This document shows positions 24,693 through 37,431 of a stretch of 64,000 bases of DNA, in pieces (within the stretch, counting starts at the first letter, position 1; each line of letters starts with the position of its first letter). The DNA is taken from contig NW_019028980.1 of NCBI RefSeq assembly GCF_002105155.1, forward strand, positions 992,001 to 1,056,000. Direction: 5' to 3'. This DNA comes from Lobosporangium transversale (Eukaryota). The position numbers and the translations under genes were made by a program. The notes under the pieces were generated by a model that was not told the DNA's origin, ran no database searches, and saw nothing but the letters and a program-made list of their open reading frames with translations.

Positions 24693-27556
24693 TATAATAG
24701 AAGTGATATGTTGTTCCTGAAAGGATGGAAGGGAGAACTGAGTCCTAGGGTACTGAGGGAAGAAGGGAGAGAGGTGATGATTTACTGATTTGTTTTGAGG
24801 ATTGAAGCAGCTTTTTATATGAAATGGAGAGGTTCAAAACACTATAATACAATATAGTTTTGTTCCTTTTTTTTTTGACAAAGAGCCGTGAGCAGGAAAA
24901 ATAAAAGGGCGACAATAATAAGAGGTCCGTTCCAACGTGCAGTTTGTGAGCCAAAAAGCGCATCAAAGGTAGCCTTTTGAACTTGCTACATCCTCAGCGT
25001 AAGAGACAGCGAATCGAAAAGATTTGTTGTTCGATTTTGACGAACCAAGCTTGCCCATTGGCCTGTTTGTGAACATAAAAATAAAAATTAAAATGACGAA
25101 AAAGAACCAAGAATTTCTTTACTGGACGAGTAGGAATATGAGTTTTATTGCTACCCACCAGTGAAAGATTCCATCAAGTGGTCCCTCGGTCTTGGTATAT
25201 TAAAAAGTAATAATGAAAAAAAAAAAAAAAAAAAGCCCCATCGGCGCTATCGCACCCAATCTCTTTCCTGACGTGTTCGTGACATTGTCAATCATCCTTT
25301 TTAAGCCATGAAGTAATAGCCGGAACGGATTTCATCCATGTTTGTTTATTCCACATCAGAAATAGAAACGGAGACTGTTAATAGCATATTTTAAAATCCA
25401 ACATCCAGGGGGAATACAACATGTCTTGCATTAAAAATTAAAATAGAAAAATAAGCCCGATCGATACGATGGTTTTTACGAAGTTGCTAAAAAAAAAAAA
25501 TCAATTTAAATCGTAGAACAATGCCATCGTTGCCATATTAGTCGGCTCAAAGACATGCTTTCTTTCCCATGGGAAAGAGTTTACAGAGAGGGAGATTTAC
25601 ATAGATCATTGTTCGCAACTCCTTTTCTCAAAGGCATAAAGATGATCCCGCCTCCAGAAAGACGCCCTTTATCATCACTCTTCCTGATGGGTATGGTTTT
25701 GGATTAAGTTGTACACCACTCTCGTAAAAATTAACGTTAATATGTTACATCCAATAAATATATTTGTTTTGGTCATAGAAAGTATATACATTACATTTTA
25801 ATATGTATTTATAGTCTTTTTACATATTGAAATACAGTATCCACAAGCTCAAGCTGTATATAAACCATGTATATATCTCAAACTGTTGAGAAGGAATGAG
25901 GAGATGAAGATGGGTAAAAGGCTATAATGGGTCTTCAATGGACAGGTCTGGCTCAGATCGAAGGTGACAAATATTTCTCCGTTACAAAATCATTGGGTAA
26001 CACAACATTAAGAGAAGGAGGCCAAGTCGAATTTTTGTTATTGGTCAACCCTGAACTATTGTGAACATGAACAACATCGACTATTTTTAATCATGGTATT
26101 CATTTGGCATAACATGTCATGTATGGTGTGTATATATTGTTGATGTAGTTTTCTACATGTACTTGGTTGGTCCTCAAAAGAAAACAAAAAAGAACTTTTT
26201 TTTTTTTTTTTTTTTTTTTGCTTTGAGAGGATTGTAATTCCTTCTGGAATCCTTCATAATGCAAAAAAGGCATTTTTGAAGTCTAGGCAGATGTTGAGCA
26301 TACCATAAACACATAAACAAACGTAAAAAAAAAAAAAAAAGATTAAGTGGCGTGCCTTTTTTTTTTTTTTATTAACCGTTGTGGTAAGAACCTTGATTGA
26401 TTACATGCATCCTACTTCCTCGCTCTCGGGTAAATGCATCTAATCTCACAGCCTCACCTTTCTTTTTTTTCTTTTTCTCTTTTAATCAAATTCTAATTCC
26501 ATCATTGCTAACGTGATTCTCTTCATCTACTTTAATATCATTGTAGAGAGCTATTTGCATGCTTTCGAGAAAGAAAAAAAAGAAGTAGATATATATTTTG
26601 TGCAAATTCCAGGTTTCCTTATATTTGCTTCCAAAAGTTGGACGATTGACAAAAAGCAAAGGACCTTGCTGGCCAAGTCTGATGAATTAGAGATCAACTC
26701 TGTTTGTCGGCTTTGCCTTAAATATTATTGATAAAAGAAATAAATTGAAGGGCAATTAATGGGACCCCATTTTACTACAGTACAATAAGGCAGAATATAT
26801 AACATCTGTGTAATACGAATGCGACTTGATTACGGCAGATGCTGGAACGCTAGACTAAATATAGAGAGCAAAGTAGACGCCACAGCTCATTTGGGAGGTC
26901 CAGATCCCTTTTTTTTTTTTTTTACTTTGAAGCTCTCAAACGTTTTTCTGAGGACACGACGAGGGACAATTCGATTAGGAAAGCTATAGATTTTCCGGTA
27001 GGAGAGAGCATGAGAGTATAGGATATAAAGGAATATGCCTTTGTTGGAGATACATGGATTCCCTAGGTACTTGACAGTTATCCATTTCGGTCGGGTACAG
27101 CCAAAGATTTTATTTGGTATAACAAGCAACTAAATTCACTGCTGATATCTTTCATAGATGGGTCAGGTAACAAGCACGGTTTGCGGGAGTGAAACCGTCG
27201 TAGAGTTGTCTTTATCTAGACAGAACGTAGATTTTGGCAATTTGGGCTACGCTGTGGGCGCCGCAAGGATTGCGGATGGATAGCAATGCTACAGGTGTGG
27301 TTAATGCAGGTAGCTTTACGACCCTACATTATCGCACTGTGGGTAGATACCACAAGTGAGCGCCACGAGCAACGGTGAATTCACCAGCAACCAATAAGAA
27401 ATATGTAATGGTTTATTTCGTTGATTGCCAGACATAGAGACTACAAGGATATTTTTCTATATTTCATTATGTTACGCCAAAGACACTCTTGAGTAGAGCA
27501 GCAATATCCTCGTCAACGTTGATAAAAATAAATAAAGTCAAAAAAAAAAGGTATTT

Positions 27557-28510
27557 CTAATCTTGTTTGATATCTTTGCCATCAGCTTCTTCCTTCTGTG
27601 CTTCAGGTGATTTCGCAGGGAATTTTCTCATAATCGCCAAGAGGAAAGCCGATCCTACAGCCATGGCAATCATGGGATGCTCGCCTGAGAACCGAATCAA
27701 TTCGCGGGCCCGTCCATTCAGGTATCTGAAGCCCTTTTGAGGTAGGCTCAGCATTGACTTGGGCGTTAGCAGTCCAGACTCAACCTCGGAAATGTAGTTC
27801 AACAATGAGCTTTGCTCAACAGGTACACGGCGACCATCCAAGCCATACGGGTAGTAAATCTCCTCACGACTGTTGATCACCAAGACGGCAGGCAAGCTTG
27901 CTAAGTCTAGTTTTAAAGCACCACGGACATAGCCCTCCCATTTGGGTGCATCCAAGATCACAAAGCGTAAAGGCTGGCCATCCAAGGTAGTACGGTCTGC
28001 GATTGTTGCATAATACTGGTATGCAGTCTCAATCAATTCACGACGGGCGTTCTCTGTAGCGGGGTTCGATGGGTCAAAGAGACCAATGACAGTCCAGCCG
28101 TGTTTGGATAGAACCGTCCCTGTGTTCTCGTTTGTGAGGGTGGTCACTAAAGGGTTTTTAGTCTCTTTGATCCAAGCCTTCACTGCTGCCTCATCCGTCA
28201 AAGATCCTTGATATTGGTACTGGCGATTGTCTTTTAAGGCTACAAGAGCAGGGCTAGAAACAGACAGCTGATGGGCAAGCTCAGTATCATCTGCTCCATG
28301 CAATGCAATCTGTTCGTAAAAGGTCTGAGAAGTCCTGTCAATCAAGGCTTTGATATCGGGATTAACTTTAGAGTCATGGACGAAAACATAAGCAACGTCG
28401 TTATTATTTTTTATGTCATTGAGGTCTTTTGCTGTGATAGATTTGACAGAGGGCCTATTATGATCAAGTAACAGAAGTAAGTGACGATTTAGCCGATGAA
28501 ATATACTAAG

Positions 28511-28543
<33 letters not shown>

Positions 28544-29639
28544 CTTCATGCCAATATTCACCTACACGATGGCCCCGAGAGCAAAGTCGGACAAATGTTG
28601 GAGGGTGCGATGCTTCATATATTCAATCGACTGGCCATATTGACGGAGCTTGATCGTAGGATATCCCCTGACCTCTTCACTCATGCAGATTGCTTGATTC
28701 TGTGTGCAATCAACCTTGGCAACGTTAACCTTATCCTTGAGGGCTCCCGCAAGCTCTTCATAGATAGGAGCCAGGTTCTTGCAGTGTCCACACCAAGGAG
28801 CATAGTATTCAATCAACCAGGGGCCAAACCTGGTACGCCTGTCATAGCTCTCCTTATCCAGTACAATTACTTTTCCAAAAGGATTAACCTTAACTTCCCC
28901 TACTTCTTTGGTGCTGATATTCGAAGGCACATTGATGTATTCAGCCGACATTGATGCTACATACTCATTCAGCAACTCGCTCGTTCTCCTCTTGTTGTAT
29001 TTTGCTACGGGCTTTCCTTTATAATACCTATATGAGTAATGAGCAGAAAAAGATAAAAATGAAGCGACTTGATTTCAACTGTTCAAATAATTATCATCCC
29101 ATGTGCATCCACTTACAGTTGCATAGTTGGGTAGGAAACAACGTCGTTGTCCTCACAAAGATCTCCTTGAGCCAAACAGTCGACCTCAGCAAATTTGAAC
29201 CCTCTAGCGCGGCTCCAGTCCTTATGATCCATTGCCAACTGCTCCCACGTCGGTGCTTCATAATCCCCAAGAAAATTAAAAAGAATAGATGAGTTTTGGA
29301 TTCACAATTTGTAATCGTCTCCATATGGTCCTCCGTAGTCCCTTACCGAGATTCTGACTATGAGGGCATTCTGGTGAGTAGAACTTGACGAAGCTAAAGT
29401 AGTTGCCGAGGTATGGGGGAAATGTTAATAGACCAACATATATTTCTTATATCCCTTTGAAGCGCATTCACTCATACATTAAGGTGATCACAATAAAAGA
29501 TATTCATTTACGTTGCACCGTCAGCGATGGCAGCTGCAAAATCGGAGCTTGTCAAGCTCTTTGAGGCGGCAGAGGCGTGTGTGCCGGATGTGCAAAGCGT
29601 GATGGCCACGGTTGCGCAGAGAATGCTGCGAATGAACAT
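27557..29639 (-). CDS. Membrane-anchored ER protein disulfide isomerase (Eps1/TMX3-like), multi-exon
   Basis: Signal peptide from ATG 29639. First thioredoxin domain FVKFYSPECPHS, second YYAPWCGHCK, then redox-inactive Trx folds, a C-terminal TM helix and a tail ending KDIKQD. Confidence 0.85.
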
Positions 29640-30144
29640 TTCGTTTTAGTCGAGGTTAAAGAGGATGAGAAATGAGGTGAGGTAGAGCTAATTTTTTAAT
29701 TTTAATGATGGGAAAATTTCTGGTGTTTCTTTCCTCAATAAGGTTTAGTCAAACCAAACACAGAAATTTATGTGCATACAACAAAGAAGAGCATTGGCTT
29801 GAATGTACATGTACACCATTGGTCTTTGTTTTCATGCTTGACTTCTCTGACATCGGATGCTGTTCCGTAGCCTCATATCACCTTTCAAATAGAGAAATGC
29901 CTCGTAGAATAAAAATATGGTCTGGCAGTGATGATTTTGTATCTCTTTTTTACTTTCCCTCCCTTTTCCTTTGACCTTTTTCGATTCAGCGTGGTTCGGA
30001 GATGATCTGGCACCAACAAGATCTTCTGTAAATTCATATACGGCATTCCTCTTTAAACTTTTTGTGTTTCTTTTTGGAAAACCACTCAGAAGTTACTGTC
30101 GATTGAGCGATTGTGACATTTTGCTCTTTGACAATGTCTACATG

Positions 30145-30363
30145 TATTGTCCTCGTCATTTGGTCATGCACATATTGTAAAAATATATTGATTGAATTGG
30201 CCCCAGAAAAAGCGCGTCACATTGAATGGGATTTGTGTATTGAATCGGTGGCTGATTTTGGCCACCAACTCATTTAAGATTATTCAAAATTCTGAGCCGA
30301 CCAAATCAATTCAATAATTATATGTTTTTAGAATATGTGCATGACCAAATGACGAGGACAATA
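30145..30363. mobile_element. MITE with a 32-bp perfect inverted repeat including probable TA TSD (Tc1/mariner-like)
   Basis: TATTGTCCTCGTCATTTGGTCATGCACATATT (30145-30176) is the exact reverse complement of 30332-30363. Non-coding interior. Confidence 0.85.
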
Positions 30364-30603
30364 TATACTGTCAAGCAAATATATATATAATACTCAAGAA
30401 CACAAAGTAACGTTTGCTCTGAAAGAGCTTAAAGTGCACTTTAATTATTGCATCCATACTAGAACACAAAGAATATGTTTGTATTGTTGGATACAGGTTA
30501 GATATCTAGAAGATATCAGCCCTTCATGCCTCGACAAGTAGACCATGCGGCTTTTATTGTAAAAGTGAGATGAATAACGAAGAACGATGAGGGCGGGACA
30601 TCT

Positions 30604-33600
30604 TCACTCCATTAGATCGACATGCATGTTCTCCTCCTTATGATGCTGGTCATTATTGTCGATGCTGTCGTATGTGCCGCTTAGGATAAAATGTGCAACT
30701 TCACACTCATCACATTCGCTACATTTGCTGCATATGAATCGATATCCCTTAGTCACCTCACTTTTAGCGATCAATAATCTTGCTCTGGAACCGTCCTTCT
30801 TTGAGTTCGTATTCGAAACATCTCCTCCCAGCTCTTTAGCCTCTAATGGCATAGGCATTGTTGTGTTGATATCGTGGCTTACTTCAGGGGAAGTTGGACA
30901 CTCTGTTGGATCATCAACAGCTCCATATTGTTTCAAAAGCTTTCTGTTGGCTTCACTTAAGCCAGCTACGTCTCGAATGCTTGCTTCGGAGGCATTAAGA
31001 ATTGATTGCTTTGTGCTCCACTTCAAGCGGGTATGGCATTGGCCATCCTCACTCTTGGCAATCTGCCACATCCGAATAGAGCCGTCATCATGGCCTGTAA
31101 CCAGAAAACAGCCTTCCTCGGAAACATTCCAGACAAGAGCTTCAACGTAGCCTCCTACATATGGAATAATAGCCAAGCACTGGGCTGACTCTGGGTCCCA
31201 TAGTCGTACAGTCGTGTCAACACTACTTGAGGCAACATATTGGCCATCACATGAATAAGAAATGGCAGTTATACGTCCGGTATGCCCTTCAAGTACATGC
31301 AATATGTTGCCTGATTCAAGATCTACCATACTAATTGCCCCTTTTGCACTTCCAACTACCATCAGTTGGCTGGATGGTGAAAATGAGATCTTCCTTTGAG
31401 GCTTATAGAATTTTGTTTCATGACAGAACTGGCCTGTCTCTGCGCTCCATAGTTGCAGTTTCATAGAGTCCTGGATAAATGCTAGCTTTAGGCTGTTAGG
31501 AGTATAAACCAAATAAGAGGTACTATATCCCACGCCTTCTAACTCGTGCAGGAGATCTTCTGAGTGTGCTGTCCATATTCTGATCCTATTAGCTTCGTCA
31601 TAGGAAGCAATCTGGTGGCCACTAGGCGAGAACAGCACGCCTTCCACACGACTATCATGTCCCTGTAGAGTGCGTACAAGTAGTCCTGTTTGAGTGTTCC
31701 ACACACTCACGTTTCCGCTTTGATGACCACAGGCAATTAGGTGGCCAATGGGTGAAATATCAGAGGTCACGATGTCGCCGTCCTGATTTGGTGAATCTAG
31801 GGCGTAAACAACTTGACCCGATTCAGCATCCCAAAGATAAAGGTGCTGATCACCATTGAGGGTGCAAAAGGCAAGCAGTCGACCATCAGGTGTATACTTG
31901 ACATCGTTCGATCGGCACTGCAAAACATGAATACATTGTCCTGTTCGACTATCCCACACGCGCACTGTATTGTCATGACTGCATGAGGCTATGTGTTGTC
32001 CATCTGGTGAAAACCTTACTAAGGAAATTAGCTTTGTATGACCATATGAATGGTGGCTAGACTGCCGTGAATGTGCGTCCCACAGGCGTATCGTTCCATC
32101 TTTGCTGAATGATGCAATCTGATGACTGTTTGGCGAACACGCCACACCATATATAATACTGGAGTGACCATATAGTGTGTTGGTCAGTTGTCCTGAACGG
32201 GCATCCCAAAGCCGCACTGTATTGTCCCATGCACAAATGACTATCTGTTCTCCATTTGGCAAATATTTCAAGTCGATGATAGAATAGAAGTGATCCAAAA
32301 GAGTATGAATCATTTCTCCTGTTTGCATATTCCACTGAAATGCCGTCTTCCAGGAGAATGATGCGGCATGCTTCCCATCGGGAGAATATTGGACATCATT
32401 AGGAGGGAAGCTATGCTCTAATGCCCATTTCTTCTGACCAGAGCTTGCATCCCACACATCCAGCGAGTAACCGTAGTAGTCACGAGTGATGATTTCTTGG
32501 CTGTTAGGTGAATATACGATTTGTCTGACCTGAGACCCAGAGTCCCGGAGCATCAGTACCAACTTCCCTGATGACGTATCCCAAAGCCGTACCGTCTCGT
32601 CTACGCCTCCAGTTGCAATCTGCTTCCCGTCAGATGAATACACCACGTTTGTCACCTCACCAGTATGACCCTCTAATATGTATTGGACCACGCCAGTCCT
32701 GGTGTCCCATACATGCACTGATCCATTTTTACTGGCTGAAGCGAGGCGGCCGCCATCTGGCGAGTACACTGCATAGTTAACAATGTCTGTATGGCCCTTT
32801 AAGGTTTGAATTAATGCACCCGATGTTGTATCCAGCACATGAATTGCGCCCTTCCCATACCAAACGGCAATGTGTCGACTGTCTGGAGAGTAGATAAAGC
32901 TGTAGTTGCGCACATTGATCTCCAAAGTCATTCGCTTCTCCCATGTCAACGTATCATAGATGCTGATGTAACCATCGCTACTTTGCCTTTTGTTGATAGC
33001 TGCAACGAATGTCTTGCCATCAGTCGAATACGATCCTCTGAATACATATCCTCCTTCACGAAGTAGTGCCCATTCTCCGAACCGTACGCCTGCCATCTTT
33101 GCTCCACTCAGGTCTGCTTCTTGAAGCCAACACCTGCTAAGGTTGACGTTCCTCAAATCTGCTCTTTGTAGCTGAGCACAGTCAAATACTCCATGACTAA
33201 GATCTGCTCCTGGGATCTGGATATCTCGTAAGTCCGCCTCGATGAACGATTCGCCTGCTCGGACTAAGATCGTCATTGCATTCGCTGCTGCTGTCCGCCA
33301 TTTTTTATCACTCCTCGATAGCTCAACATACTCGTACAGCTGGCGCTTGAACTCGACTTCCATTCGAACACGATCTTTCAGGAACTCAAGGATAGATGGC
33401 TCGTTGACAAAGCTTCTCCAGACTAAGGGCGAGTTCTCATCTACCTTGACTAAATTTACTTCCTGCTCAACCATTTTAGTCTCTTCAGCCTCAAAGCTGT
33501 ATATGGAGCCAACACTGTGCCGGCGGCAAGTCTGTGTCGCTGCTACTTCTCTACTGATCGCTAACGCATTCGTCACTTCCTGTGGTTCAAATATCGCTCG

Positions 33601-36600
33601 CACCACACAATACTCTAGAATGGAGTGGTGAACAAATCGATACTGATTGCCTGTGCGACTCAGAGGCGATGCTTCTCGTAAGAGATCCTTCCTGCTCTCT
33701 CTGCTAAAATACTTCTCTTTCCATGTGTCCTTATGTTTAGATGGAGAGTATTCCACCACTGGGTTACCATCTTGATGCTTGTAGATCTCCACAGCTAAGT
33801 CTGTTAGGTACCTGACCCCATTCTGTGCGAAGCCTTCATCACACAGCGTTCGGAACATTCTCTTATCTGATGCTGATATCTCGCCTAGCCGCTTCTTGCC
33901 TCGTTCGAACCACAGCTCAACGAACTGGTCATACAGAGTGATGCGTTTAATCTGCTTTCGGGATATATTCTGATGCGGGTCTACCATCCGTGGCAGTACT
34001 TCCAGTGACATCGATAGTAAGAATGGGTTCCTTACAAGCTCTTGTAGGCTAGGAACCATCTTAAGTGCACGCCGGTAGTCCTCCACACCCCACAGTAGAT
34101 CCATAGTTGCAACATACTGTTCAATATAGTCATCGATCTGAGCCTCAGAGAATGGTACAATTACAGCCTCTTGGAATAACCCTACCTCTGCTTGGCGGTT
34201 GCGGTCCATAGGCTGGAAACGGTCTCGATAATCTGTCCCAAGATACTCGCTGCGACAACTAACCACCATCTGACACATCCACTCGCCAGGCTGGTTGAGA
34301 CGGTTGGTGACGTACAGATTGTTGGTCTGCATGGTCTCATCGTACCCATCACAGATCAGGATGAATGACCGAGCCATTTTCAGCTCCTTGATCTGTTCCT
34401 CGGTGAAATCATGCATTCGCAGTTGTTTAGCGACCATATCCTTGGTTGGATTATCGATGGATGGCAGGTTGATAAACAATGGGATTTGACCATGATTTTT
34501 CCGATACGCCTCCCAAAGAGTGCACTCTAGAGTTCGGTTGAATGTCGATTTGCCTACTCCTGAGTCGCCTTGGACAAGCATCACCTTCTGGTCACTATCC
34601 AGGAACTGCTTCACCTTATCCATCAGCAAGAATAGTTTGTCATTACTTGCTTGAGGGTTCGCTTTGGCATATTGTTGGATGTAGAAATACTTGTCATCTC
34701 TGGTCTCCATTCGCTGCCGCTTGAGTAAGCGCAGACTCTTCTCGACATCAGGCTTATTCTGCACACGGTCAAGTAGTGATGAGGATAAAGGTGGGGTCTG
34801 CGCGCCAATGAAGGGGTACTGGCTTACTGGCTCATCAGAACAATCCTTGTAGAGCTGTTGTTTGTTAGCGTCTCCATCTATAGCAAGATCTCTCAGGAGT
34901 GAATTTGCAGCTACAAATAAATGCATGTAGAACATAGTGTACTATTAGTCTCAGTATCCTCACTTCACAATTGAGTTGATGCCGAGGCCGCATATTTACT
35001 CACCTTGTAGGCCATCCGTTGACAGCGAAGCTAGTCCCTTCAGTATACTAACAATACATTGCTTGATCTCCACATGATGCCTCCAATCCTTGTCATTTTT
35101 GTACATCTCCCCAAGGAAAGCAACCGCATCTTGTCGAGTCTCCATAGTCCATTGTGTGTTAGCAGCAACCCGTCCCAGCCGCTGACACAATCCCCACTGG
35201 AATGCAAGCTCCTGTCGGCAAGGTGCCTCACACACAAGAATCTTGAACTTGGTGAGTTCGCCTGTCTGGAGAAATGCATCAGCTCCACGGAGTGCTGGAT
35301 ACCATGCAGTCTTGCGACTAAAGCCAAGTGCTTCTTCCATAATCTGCTTAAATGCCGCTCCGCTCTCGTATAATGGGATTGCATTCTCATACAAATCTGA
35401 CCCCACGTCAACAATATCTGCCGCAGATGGAAGTTGTTCCTGGATATCGCTTAGTTCATCCACGAAGGTATTGAGGTCCCAGTCTTTGACCGCACTCACT
35501 ACTCCAAATATCCCTCGTACCACTGCTGACGTACGCCGAAGCATGGCTTGCATAGGCGTTTCATCATCTGGAATATACAACAGAGCTTGGAAGGCGTAGG
35601 CTGCATGGTATACCAGATGAGGATCTGAACTATCTTTTAGTCCCTCCAAATAGGCTGCTAGTGGCTCATGAAGCTGTTCTCGCTTCAGACCCTTGACTTG
35701 ATTGTTAACCATGGCATCGAGCACGTGCGAAACTGCCACACACAGCCGATAGACGTGGCCGCTAGATTGCTCATGCGTTCCCTGTAAGCGAGAACTGAGG
35801 GCACTGAGGATGTTAACCAGATCATCAGAGTCGAGGTACTTGGGAGAAGCATGCTGCATCAGCTGAACTAATCCTTCCAGCAAGTGGGTCTCCAGCATGA
35901 TATTCTGACCGATTCCATTGACCAAGGTCATGAGTATTGTCCTATATTGGTCATAATCGAGAACTGGAGCCAGAGCCACAACCTCAGCAACAGTAGCCTC
36001 AGACTTAATATCATCGTGGATAAACAGTGTAATCACATCTGAAACCAAGTTGTGAAGTCGATCTTGTTCATCTTGGTCATCCAACCTGGCCAAACACCAT
36101 TCCTGTTCCTGGGCTGTGAGGTCATTTAGTGGTTGATGTGCAAAAGAAAGTAGGCTGAGACAGTAGACGAGCTGGTGGATATCGATAAGATGAGTATCTG
36201 GACGAGGCAGGTTGTACTTGAAGATCACTCGCGCTACATCATGGCGGAATATTTCTCTTGGAATGATTGCAACACTGTATGTTGTATTGGTTCTCTCTGC
36301 TTTAATTATCTCCTTCGGTCTATTGATACTGGTGCCACTGCATTCTTGGTTAGTATTGGTGTTGCTGTTGCATGATAGCTCTTGGCAGGTGATGTTGCTC
36401 CCTTGGACATAACCCCACTTCTCTGCCTTTCTATCACTTTTTTGTGCATCACTTGAGCGACCTAGGCGTTCGAACAAGCGAGCAATTTCAAAGTGGGCCG
36501 AAGCGATACTTTGATATAGCACCATATCTTCAAGGGAACCTGAAGAGACAAGGTCCCTCCTCTCCGACCGCTGGATTCGAGACAATGCAAAGTTTGCATC

Positions 36601-36732
36601 GAGGCACAGCTCCGTGAGGATATCGGGGTCATCATTCATTCTCTGAGTGTCCTCCATGTAAAGGTTGAAGAGTTTCAGCGCCTTTGATGGCGAGAGGACA
36701 CCTCGTGACGAAGTAAACCTAGTGCCAAGCAT
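30604..36732 (-). CDS. NLR-like STAND protein: helical/ARM-like N-terminus, NACHT, pentapeptide repeats, WD40 repeats; about 2011 aa; exons 36732-35004 and 34910-30604
   Basis: A phase-1 GTGAGT...TAG intron joins the 578-aa and 1443-aa ORFs. Walker A GDSGVGKS, Walker B LICDGYDE, NPFLL motif, A(D/N)L pentapeptides, many GH...WD repeats. Confidence 0.92.
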
Positions 36733-37431
36733 TTTTTTTTATTATTATTGTTTTTATTTTTTCGCCAGTACTCTATTGATTTTAATGAAAGAACAACCAT
36801 TTTGAATGGCAATATTAGAGAGTAGCTTATATTTAAATGGATAAATGCGTTTATACGGATCGTGAGTGTTTGCTGCATACAGCTATTTCCGAAAACGTCG
36901 ATATGTAAATGGTTGGCTAGGGAAATGCTTCTTTATGAAAGGGGTATTTAGTGCGATTCAAGAAAGGAAGGAGAAGAAAAGCAAAGGGAAGGTAGATGTG
37001 AAAGAAAGAGAGGAAGAGGATCGACAATTGCAAACAGGGCTTTGCGAAGTCGAAGAGCCCATTTGTGTTCTGTTTGTATTTTACCAAGCGAATAACCATT
37101 AAAAAATACCTTGACGAAATCCTCTAGCTCCAACTTTCGACTCAATCCAACAAAAAAAAAAAGCTCACTTTTCTCAATAGAAAAATCTGTGATCACAGAA
37201 TAAAAAAGGTTGGTCCCAAAAACATCGCAGTTTAGAGCTGTTCTTGGCCTTTTTTTGTTTTGCTTCTCTTTTCTCTAAATATTTGTAAACCAGCTGTAAA
37301 GATATACATGTATGACTTGAATTGTTGCCCGCTACCTAGACAACGAAAAGACTTTTTTTTTTTTTTTTTTTTTTTTTTCGATAACAAGGACTTTCAAGAA
37401 GAAAATAATGAAAAGATAGGAAAATGAAGGG

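Noticed and set aside
30656..36412. Plus-strand and alternate-frame ORFs overlapping the NACHT-WD40 gene
   Set aside because: Antisense or shadow frames of a long coding sequence.
37200..37350. Left TIR of the Mutator element
   Set aside because: No convincing inverted match to 45.7-46.7 kb and no 9-bp TSD found by eye.
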